Shown here: positions 53,748 through 64,000 of the stretch, in pieces
How the letters are laid out: each line of letters starts with the position of its first letter
Numbering within the stretch: the first letter of the stretch is position 1
Assembly (NCBI GenBank): GCA_002269645.1
Contig: NIVC01000069.1
Span: 124,001 to 188,000 of the forward strand
Source: Macrostomum lignano
Taxonomy: Eukaryota
DNA length: 64,000 nucleotides
Direction: 5' to 3'
Position numbers and translations under genes: made by a program
Notes under the pieces: generated by a model
Database searches by the model: none
Told to the model about the DNA's origin: nothing
Seen by the model: the letters and a program-made list of their open reading frames with translations, nothing else

Positions 53748-56700
53748 GGCTGGCTAGTATAGCTGAGTGGTGGCATGAAAGATTTAAACAAAATTTCAAA
53801 AAACTATATTGCTATAGAGTTCTGTCATAACCAAAATTTACCCATATCAATACTTGCATCTATCACCATATCTTAAACTTTTCCCATAGTCTATTCATAT
53901 CTATAGTCAGTATTTATAGCTGGAACATTTTCTGCAACTTCCTTTAACTTTCTTGTAGTGGTTGCAATACATTACCAGATAGCAACACTTGGCAAAAATG
54001 TCATAGATTGAGCATTGGAACTCTCACTGATGGCTGCTATAACTGTAGGAATGCAACTATGAATAATAATGCCCTGTAGGCAATGCAAAATGCATATGTG
54101 GTATTCAAAAACCTTTATATTTATATCTGTACCTTCCTAAAATTATATTCATAACCATATATGTGCAACCTCCAAAATTCAGTTGGCCATGCAACTTAGT
54201 TTTAACAAAAAATGCAACATCGTTTTTGGCCAAAAATACAACTTACATGTAAAGGAAACCCTAAAGCAAAATTAATTAATGCAACTTTGGGTAAATGGCA
54301 GGAATAACTATGACTATCTTATTAAGGCAAAATGCCTCATTATCTACTTAGTACTACTTGGATATTTATTCGGATATTCGGGCATTTTTGCAATTTACCG
54401 CCGCCAAATTGGTTGGCCAGATTGGCCAACTTGGCCGGCTGTTGCGCATGTATGTTCATAACTACAATCAAACTTTATAGTTCCTTATCTTGTAAACCTG
54501 GTTATCAAGCTTTGATATTAACAATAAATTAAGAGCCTAGCTTCTTGACTTCAATCTAGACTCCAAAAGGTTATATAAATGCCAGAATTTTCTGGTATAC
54601 ATTACCATTGGAGAGATTAGCTGTTTTGGTGTACCACTTTGGCATACCACTTTGAGCCTGAGAAATCTTTGGCATACAAACTGCAATAATTTGTATTTAA
54701 AATATATACGCATTTCAACAACGAGTTTTAAAAAATTCTAATTTTTTTATACAATACTAACAGTACTCTTTTAAATAAAAACTGTAAAACATTTTATCTC
54801 TTAAAAAGGTCCTTTATTATTGCAACTGAAAAAAGGTGGCATACCATTGGTGTACTATAACAAGAGGCATTTTTCTAGCATACCATATTGTACTATCTAT
54901 TTCATAACACTAGACTTCAACCTTTTTTATTGGCTTAGGGTCTTAGGCCTATTTTAAATATATGCCTTATTATTCAATATTTTAAAGAACTTCAATTATT
55001 TTAACAAAACATACTATTTATGTTCATTCATTTTTATTTCTACCCCATATTAGTATTTAGTATTAGCATTATGATATTTATTAGGCCCCATTGTTCAAAA
55101 GGTGACATGTATTACCAAGATTTCCCAGTATACAACAAAGGTGCTTGTTATTTTTAGCATATACTAGCATATATCCCAATGTACATCACATAATAAAATT
55201 TTTTGGCTTATATCTATGGCATACCTGCATATATGTTAGGATCAAATAAAGTGACTTTACATAGAATATGCTATATGCAATACTATTGTGGCAGGTGGAT
55301 TGCCACTGTTTTTTAATTACTTTCTATTGATAATATTTTACTGACAATTAATGTTTCTATAAAATTATTATGTACCCCAACCCCCATAAAATTTTTACAA
55401 GTTTGCAACCATTGTTCATAACATTATTATCCTATCTGTTGATCGTATTTGTCCCAGTTTTGTTCTTGCTTTTTCCCCACTAATGAACCATTGTTTTCCC
55501 ACTGTTGATTTTACTAATTTTGCTACTATTACGAGTCAAGTTGTTTTTGCCCAACTCCTTGTCTACCCCTCTGTCCAATTACCCATCCCAGCCTGGCCCC
55601 ATCTGTTGATAATTTGAGTTTATTCAATATTTAAAGTATTGCTTCAAGTGCTACCAGCCATTTATTCTTGGTTCTTCTTCTACGCTCGTATTTTGTTCAC
55701 GTTTACCTTTATTTTGCTCATGCATTTAGTTAGTACATTCATTCTATTAATTTGTTCCGTTAGTGTTACTTCTGGTGCCACCTCTAACTTCTACTCAGTT
55801 TAGACCGCATCCTAGCTAACCTTAGCGCACTACAGCTCTGCTTGCATTCAATTTGTTTTTTGCTAATAATATTTAATCTGCCTACTTAACTAACTTTCAA
55901 TTTAATATCCAGCAATCAATAATAATAAATGTCAACCATATTTATTAATTAGTTAAGCCCATAGCCTATCTTGAGTTCTTGCCCACAGGGCATAAAACAA
56001 TCCAGTTCTCATCTCAAAGAAAGCTCTGAGACTAATTCATTCCATAATATGAAAATTATGGTGGTGGCAGCTCTACCCTACTGATAGTAATCAGCTTAAC
56101 AAATCAACACAATTAATCTACTATGTCAGAATTGTCAATGTCTAGCATTTGAACAACCATGCCATTAACAACCACTTAGCTTATTTCAGCTGAGTTGCAA
56201 CTACCCTCCCCAGACTTAGACCCTGGCACTCTGGCAGTCAGAGTAAAACAGAAGAAAATTTTGTTGTGATTACTCTGCACAAAACTTTTGGATTTAATTG
56301 TAGGCCTATGAATGCAATGCCAATGGAAATTCAAAAGTGTTCAAAACCACCCACCAATAAAAGTATTTTCTTTTCTTTGCCTTACCTCACTATCAACCAA
56401 GATGGAATTCTTGCACAAAAGTTGTTACGCATTTGTGTGCACTTGCCAAATTCATGCGCACTTGCGCACTGAAAAGGAGCCTACTTGCGCACTCTTAAAG
56501 GTGTATATATGCTCCATCATATGCGCTTGCGCAAGAAGCTATTTGCTGCAGAATCACAGACAGGATTTGACTTTTACATGCATTTAATAAGGTTATATGC
56601 CATGTGGCATATGCGCGCTCAATTTCTCCTACTTTTCATAGTCTGGAAGGTTGTTTTTATGCCAGAAAATTTCAAAACAAAAGTAAAAACAAAGAATAAT

Positions 56701-58652
56701 AGTTTTTAGCAAAAACAGTTACTTTAAAGTTTAGTAAAACTCTTATAATTTTTAAAGAATATTTTCTCAAAAGAAATATAGTGTTCAAGCTACTTTAAAC
56801 TTGAAGTACATTTTTTAAAATTTACATTGGCATAGAATTGAAAAACTAGAAAATTGAAATTTCATTTTTTCTCATGGGCCATGATCTGTATTATGACTTA
56901 TTTTTACAGCTGGCATGCACACTTGCACATTGCTCTAAAAATGTTTTCCTACCCCAAGCAAGAATTCCATCCTGGACTATCAACATGGAATACAAGGAAT
57001 AATAAAAAACAATTTTGTATATAAACGTGGTCCTATACTTATTTTTTCTCCCACCAGACCTAGCAGACAATAATACACAATACAAACTATGGAGTAGGCC
57101 TATTATATCATTATATGTCAATGTCAATTGTCAAAAAGAATAAAAATCAAATAGGCCTATTTAAACTATTAATAATACAATTCATTCTGTGCCTGTGGCT
57201 ATGCATAAAAACACAAATGAAATAGAAATACAATATAAATGTAAATGATATGACAACACAGTAAATGTAATCATAAATGTGATTAGCTATACTATACGAA
57301 ATATGGTAAAAATCAAAAAGTTTCTCAGGCAAAAATTTTACTAGATCTAGAATACAATTAGAGGCAAAACAATTATTTTTAGCCTATTTATTTATAAAGT
57401 TTATATCAGCTTTATATTGACTTTACTTAACCAGATTTGTTTAATAAAACTGTTACTGCTACGGTCTAGGCCTACTAGGCCTAGTCTGTGACTGTTAGTG
57501 CAATATGTGACAAGTACAGCTAGCTAGGCTAGGCCTAGGCCTAGCCCTAGCCCCTAGGTAGGCTTATGTATGCCTACTAGAAAAGGTAGTATCTTATCTA
57601 TTAGCAATTTTTTGTATCTAAATATTTCAAAGCAAATTTTCTGTAAACTTTTACTTCGATAAATACTACTGAAAAGTAGAAAAAGACAGCAGAACTTTGT
57701 CATAGAGTTGGTTTTTTTATTCAAGTGTTTTTTCACTAGGATTCTCTTTCCAAGAATCAAGATATTCAGGCAAATATTCAAAGAGAACCTTATGTAAGCA
57801 AAGAAAAGCAACTGACAGAATTTTATGTTTAATTCCTCATGGCACAGCTGGGACATTGTGATACCAAAAAACTAGCATTTAAAATCGCTCTGATTTGTTT
57901 ATATAGCTAATAGTATTGTGCTTCCGGGTTTTTTTATAAAAAAGTCCAGGTGACTTCGACAGTTTAGACACAAAATGCAAGCCAGGCACGGCGTGCCATA
58001 AAACAGCTTGACAGTCCTCATGGCGCCGACCCGAAAGTGAGATTCTAGAGAGGGTTCTCTCAGGGACCTAGCACGCACAATATATAGACGATTTTAACTC
58101 GCTTTCTATTTCCCTCCTAGTGTACGTATCTTGTTGTTGCCACATGCATCAACCACACTACTTACTCCTAAGAAAATGGACAGTTCTCGTAGAGCCAACC
58201 CAAAATTGAGATTTTAGCATCGATTCATCTCACATTAATTGGGTATAGCGCCAAAAAATTCGTTATGATTGGGGCTAATCTATTTTTTTCTTGTCTTTAA
58301 CTTGCACTAACTAAAAAGGCAAACGCGCTGAATATGCTCCAGAGCTGTCAACTGAATGACGCTGTTCCGTTTAAAACTAACCATCCAGTGTTGATCCGAT
58401 CCTTTGTGGATCGTTGGATAAATCTACAACAATCCGACGAATTGTCACGTCGCTCGGCACAAATATATATTACGCTCGTATCTATATGAGCTTTTACACT
58501 GCATCGACAGATAACAACGTCATTATACATCGGCTGAACGTCGTCGGTGTTTTTTAAAGTACATATATCTGTCATCGACGTCGATCCATAGTACGAATGG
58601 ATGTTTTTGCTGGATCGATGGATGGAAAATTACGAAAATGTACGACTTTGTC

Positions 58653-61347
58653 CCCGATCAAAAAAAGTTGGCTTAATTATGTCTTAAAGATGTCTTGCAT
58701 AAGACAGAAAGATGTCTTCAAGACATCTTACAATTGACTTAATTCGGTCTAAAAATTGGCTCCTTGCAACACTTGTAGACAACTTAGAGATAACTTAAAG
58801 ACGTCTTCAGACATCTTCAAGACATCTTAAAATCTACTTAAAGACATCTTCCAGATGACTTGCAGAAGACGTCTTGCCCAAGATCATTTAAGAAATGCTG
58901 TTGCCATTGCAATCACAGTTGTTTAAAAGAAAAATGACTAAAAATATTACAGCACTCTTTTGTTTCGTTTCAGGCAATATTGATATGAAAGAGAAGCTAT
59001 TTAGTAGGCTTCTAAACATGGTTCAATGTAATTTATGATTTATGATTTATATTTTCATTTTATAAAAGGCACAGTTTAAAAGTCACAGAAGCAATAAAAT
59101 GGTGAATCAAAAACAAGTTAAAATACACTAAATAAAAATGCAAAAATACTCAAGTGCAAGTGTATAATTTTATAATGCATCATACCCTGTCATTGCATGG
59201 AAATACTTGGTTAATGCAATAAAAGTTGCTCATTGCTTGGTGGAAAACTTGCTGTAAATTGATCCTTTGCTAGCCAGAATTGTTTAGTAGTTTAGAATTG
59301 GCTCAATCCAGGAAGATTCAAGATCCAGGTTAGCTTCCACTATGATGGATAGCATGTGTTGATAAGGCTGAAAAGGATAAGTTTAATAAAGGTTATAGTT
59401 TATAGGTTGTTAGGCTGAAATAATTTGAAATTCATAAGTAAAAAAACAATAAATGATAAATAATAGATTATTATACTAATATACTTTAAAAATCTAATAA
59501 ATAAATTGCCTAGGCCCCTACTATATATTCACACAAGTGTATTATACAATAACTTTGCCTTAGGCTTAAATACATAGGCTAAAGCTTAGGGCCTAATCTC
59601 AAAGCAAAATAAAAAGATTAGAATATCAATTTTATATAAAACTTCTAGGCATACCAACTCTATTTATTCTCTATTAGGCCTAATCCAATTTTTGAATGTG
59701 ATATAGGCCTAATAATAAATTATAAGGCTATATCTATTTCTTATTTAAATTTTCATTGGCCTAGCCAAGAAAAAAGCACGAATGACTAGGCCTAATATTC
59801 AAAATATTGATATATTGAAAACATCATATATATGCCATTAGCCAATAATAAAGGCAAAGAGGAAGCAACATATAAAGGCCTATAGGCCAAGGTTTTCTTT
59901 TTTGCCAAAGACAAGGTGCAAAAGTGCACTCTATACTCATTTTTATAGTGCAATTTTAAGGCTCAAAGTGCAATTTCTTATTTTTCTTATTTTAGGGCAA
60001 TGCAAATGAGGCTTCAAGTTTAACATAAAAACAGGTTATAAGACTGTCCCTAAATTGCAATTTTCAATTTCTGGGTGCAATTTTAAATTAAAAGTAACTC
60101 TGCATATAAAAAATAAACCTAGCTATAGGCTCATGGAAATTATTTATTACTTTTGACATAAAAATCAAAGCAAAAACTATTTAGGCCTAAGGAAGAAGCT
60201 AGGGCCTATCTACAGCTAAGAGGCCTACAACAGAACAAAATAGCCTAATAAGCCAATTCAACAACTATAAAACTTTGACTTTAAAAAGCCAGAAGTAAAT
60301 AAAACATATATTTTTAGTTTTAGGCCTAGTACATGGGCCTCTAGTTAATGCCTGAATCTTTTAAGGCCTAACTTAAAATGTAAACATGACTATGCATTAG
60401 TTAACTAGTGCTTACTAGTGCTAGGCATAGCAATATATATGCAGTAGGCCTAACTAAAAAAACATTGCATCCAAGGTCCAATTTAAAATTGTAATTTTTA
60501 GGTCAGGATGTTACATAGCATTCCTATTGCCTATTGCATAAAAACATTTCTGGCCAATCTGGTTTTTTTGCTGGCACCTGGCACTAGAATATGAAATACA
60601 ATCCTAGAAGCTATCCAAGGAAGAATTAGTAAAAAATACTACTAGGAATTGGTCTAATTTGAGGATAGTAGATGTAGAGCAGCCAATGAAAAATTGAAAC
60701 TTATCACAAAAGATAGAAGCAAGTGTTCGACAATTAGGCGGCCTTCACGGTCACAAGGTTGTCTTTTAGTCCTTTTTAAAAATGTCGTTCCGCCATATTG
60801 ATTTTAGCTGTTTTTAACAAAAGCATAACCGATATATATTGCAAATTTGTCTTTTTTAATGCTTAGCTGTTTAGAATTTTGTAAATATATTTGCTCCAAT
60901 CAAAACTGTTGTAGTTAAACTTTGTCTCAAAGTTTGTAACGACTCGATACAAAAATTGCACATAATTGCACTTCAAAAGCGTAAACGATTTTTAATAAAA
61001 GGCACACCTTCCACAGACTACAATACAACAAAATTTTTAGATAAATGTCACAATAGTTGCTTGTTTTATTTTTTATTGATTTTAACGATCTGGATAAATT
61101 TGTATCTGAAACTTCCTACTTACAGTAGAAACAGTTGTTTATGTAAATTTTTAGTCTTTAAGGTGATGTCTTAAAGATGTCTTCAACAAGACATCTCATA
61201 AAAGTCAATTTCAAGTCATCTTCAAGACAACTTTATCAGGATAGCTTGTGGAAGCAAAGTTGAAGATATCTTGAAATTGTCTTGAGGTGTCTTTAGCCAT
61301 CTTAAGACAATTCTAAGACGTCTTAAGACAACTTCTTTTTGATCGGG
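58653..61347. mobile_element. Non-autonomous DNA transposon, CACTA/EnSpm (CMC)-like, 2695 bp
   Basis: Imperfect terminal inverted repeats CCCGATCAAAAA(G)AAGTTG(G/T)CTTAA at 58653 and ending 61347; TC dinucleotide on both flanks; ~200-bp subterminal arrays of AAGAC(A/G)TCTT / AAGATGTCTT at both ends; no transposase ORF seen. Confidence 0.72.
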
Positions 61348-61486
61348 TCGATATTGATTTCGCAAAACTCCTATTTCCAAGAAAAAAAATTGTGTAGACG
61401 GTTTTGATAGGAAGATACAATCTAAAAAATTCAGGATCCATGTATGCGACTGATCTATTGATATTCCTAATATCCAGAATAAGCTA

Positions 61487-61748
61487 GCCACCGGGTTGTA
61501 GCCTAGTGCAGGTTAGAGCGACGGACTTGAAGGTTCGAGAGGTTCGATTCGCGATCCCACTCGGAATAATTTTGTGCCCCCGTGACGCAATTCCCGGGCT
61601 CATGAAAACACGTCATCTTCTACCCCCCTATGGTCTCTGGCGCTGAAAGGTACAGCCACTAGGCCTCGTCCCCTAGATCGATCGACTTTGTCCGCCTCTG
61701 GATGGTGCGGTAGCTGACGTTGCAACCAAGATCCCATTATCTATCTAG
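61487..61748 (+). mobile_element. tRNA-derived SINE, second family
   Basis: A box TAGCCTAGTGCAGGTTAGAGCG, B box GGTTCGATTC (61541-61550), non-tRNA body, short ATTATCTATCT tail. Confidence 0.6.
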
Positions 61749-62871
61749 ACAGCAGGCGCGGGTTGTTTGAAGGTACACGCTAGAGGCGCGGCCGCCACAA
61801 GTTACCTGTGCAGGAGTACACATGTACCCCATTAAAACTCCCACTAAGGAGACGGGACTCCTGCATGGTCTGTAGCACGACGAAGGTTCTTGACCCCAAC
61901 TGTACTATAGAAACGGCTGATTAAGGGACTCTGTGCGAGGCATACAAGGACAGTCCAGAGTCAGTGCTGGAAACGAAAACTTTTGTATAGGGGCATCTTT
62001 TAGATGGTGAGCGATTTTAGACTACGATTCCGTCCTAAGCCTCAGAACCCAAAGGGTGGATAATAGGTAACGCCATTTTGAAGATAATGTCTTTCCTCTC
62101 AGATGGCTTCGAGATGCTGCAGGGCATGGCGAACTGCAGGTTCCAGCTAGAGCTCTCTCGTGGTGCACAATATCCTACGGTAACTCTTTTTTTAGAAGTA
62201 TTGCTACTGCTATGATTATTTTGTGTCTTGACATAATTGACATAAATCAATGTAACAATATTTGAGACATAGGCGCATAAAATTTATTGGTGATTAAATA
62301 TTTGGAATTATTCGGGATATTGCGAAACCGCGTAATTTTTTTTAATAAATATATTCAATCTTCCAACACCCGTTGTGAGCCCCGTCCTCCGGAGCAACGC
62401 CTACAGCTTTAACCTGTCGGGAAGCTGCGACCCCCAGGTCCCCAGTCAGAGCTCCCGTCCCGCGCCCTAGGGAGAAGCAGAAAAAGGACAGTAACTCGCG
62501 AACACGAACTTACACACCGTAGCCGATGCAGTTCGCCGTGCACTTCTTATGGTAGATCGACGAGTCGTTTTATTCAATAGCCAACGGAGGCGGACCAACG
62601 CGCCCTCCAGACAGCGACTATATATTTTTCATTGGTCCTACGCGTACATGAATATAACTTAAGAACAAATGTACGGTACAGCAGGGGAGGTGGGGCGGGG
62701 TGGCGTGATCGGCGTACGCATTGATTATTGATTGGAGGGGTGGGGCAGACTGGAGGGTTGGGGCGGGGCAGGAGGGCGAGAAAGGGCACGATTGCACAAC
62801 AATTATAACGGTAATTCATGTTACTTTATGTACTTCGTCCCAATGACTCAATTCATCTTCTCGACGCACAC

Positions 62872-63258
62872 TTATCCAGACATCGGATGGTCCCTCCATT
62901 CTGGCAGGCTGCTCAGCTCCGTCTGCACAGCCTCCGAGATCGGGAAGCCCCAGGCAAGAAAGAATGGCGTTAAGTTGAGCGACACTTGGACCGACAGCAG
63001 CTTCAAATATGCGTCGATCCTAGACTGGTCACTGCCGTCAGCCAAATGCGTCAGCGCCTCCTCGATTCGATACGTTCGATTCAATGCTTTAAACGGCTCC
63101 CAGCCGAAGGCTTCCTGCAGTTGCAGAAAAGTATCCAACGCTACCCAGACGTTCCAGTCGGCGTCGAATCGCTTTCCGGCCGCGATGTAAGCCTGGCGCT
63201 GGGACTGGCGTGATTCAGGCGCCAGGCTTGGATGGCAAGAGCCGGACAGGCGTAGAAC
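62872..63258 (-). CDS. TCAF: Last coding exon of a TCAF/FAM115-like (peptidase M60-like domain) gene; upstream exons lie beyond the window
   Basis: Acceptor CTCTCAG|GTT at 63258, then VLRLSGSCHPSLAPESRQSQRQAYIAAGKRFDADWNVWVALDTFLQLQEAFGWEPF...LNLTPFFLAWGFPISEAVQTELSSLPEWRDHPMSG*, matching the TCAF C-terminus (WNxWxALETYLQLQEAFGWEPF...NLxPFFEAWxWPI...LPEW). Confidence 0.85.
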   Translation of the reverse strand, partial: VLRLSGSCHPSLAPESRQSQRQAYIAAGKRFDADWNVWVALDTFLQLQEAFGWEPFKALNRTYRIEEALTHLADGSDQSRIDAYLKLLSVQVSLNLTPFFLAWGFPISEAVQTELSSLPEWRDHPMSG

Positions 63259-63537
63259 CTGAGAGCCATTGAAAGAACTCTATAAAGTGACACTTCCAAG
63301 CGGTCCTCTGCTTTGGGGGCATGGCAGGGTAGCAATCAGCCCCAGAAATGCACCAGAGTACGTGTACATGCCTAACGATGAGAGAGTCAGGGCCGCTGTA
63401 CCACCCTGTGTGAGCATGCGTGCTCAATGATCAACGGAGCAAGCCATTGTCAGCTAGTTAATCTCCGTGTTATAATGCTATACTAGACTTTACGTTTAGC
63501 TAGGATGAGCAGAACTTATATACGGATCCGCTAAGGC

Positions 63538-64000
63538 CAGGGGCGCCCACCAAGAGAAAGGGGCGCCAAACAGAGACAGGGGCGCCCACCAAGAGACAGG
63601 GGCCGCCCACCAAGAGACAGGGGCGCCCACCAAGAGAAAGGGGCGCCAACCAAGAGACAGGGGCGCCCACCAAGAGACAGGGGCCGCCCACCAAGAGACA
63701 GGGGCGCCCACCAAGAGACAGGGGCACCCACCAAGAGACAGGGGCGCCCACCAAGAGACAGGGGCGCCCACCAAGAGACAGGGGCACCCACCAAGAGACA
63801 GGGGCCGCCCACCAAAAGACAGGGGCCGCCCACCAAGAGACAGGGGCCGCCCACCAAGAGACAGGGGCGCCCACCAAGAGACAGGGGCACCCACCAAGAG
63901 ACAGGGGCGCCCACCAAGAGACAGGGGCGCCCACCAAGAGACAGGGGCACCCACCAAGAGACAGGGGCCGCCCACCAAGAGACAGGGGCCGCCCACCAAG
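63538..64000. repeat. Minisatellite in the TCAF-like intron, 20-bp unit GGGGCGCCCACCAAGAGACA (runs off the window)
   Basis: Direct reading. Confidence 0.95.

Noticed and set aside
57915-58040. Promoter for calcineurin B (CTTCCGGG and ATGGCGCC motifs in a locally GC-richer patch)
   Set aside because: Short motifs about 4 kb from the ATG with no identifiable linking exon; could be chance.

Overview
Eukaryotic (metazoan) genomic DNA with GC-rich exons, AT-rich spacers and introns filled with minisatellites. This pattern suggests a free-living flatworm such as Macrostomum (inference from composition only). I reconstructed five gene models by hand with frame-consistent GT-AG junctions: on the + strand an APP/APL-1-like gene (2447-10395, 5 exons, 720 aa), PPP1R21/FERRY Fy-2 (12879-16908, 5 exons, ~731 aa), FAHD1 (18862-20956, 2 exons, no adjacent in-frame ATG) and a SOL-1-like five-CUB-domain gene (31508-48269+, 3' end unresolved); on the - strand calcineurin B (53747-52618). 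Two partial genes lie at the edges: the 3' end of a probable tail-anchored membrane protein (2-100, +) and the last exon of a TCAF/M60-like gene (63258-62872, -). Mobile DNA includes a 2.7-kb CACTA/EnSpm-like non-autonomous element, a 400-bp foldback MITE, an LTR retroelement remnant with a primer-binding site, a LINE remnant and tRNA-derived SINEs. Most interesting: FAHD1 may receive its start codon from a trans-spliced leader inside an operon-like run of four co-directional genes; one 3' splice site is quadruplicated by a 52-bp tandem repeat and only the last copy is productive; and almost every intron carries its own private minisatellite. All coordinates are from manual reading; repeat boundaries are approximate.
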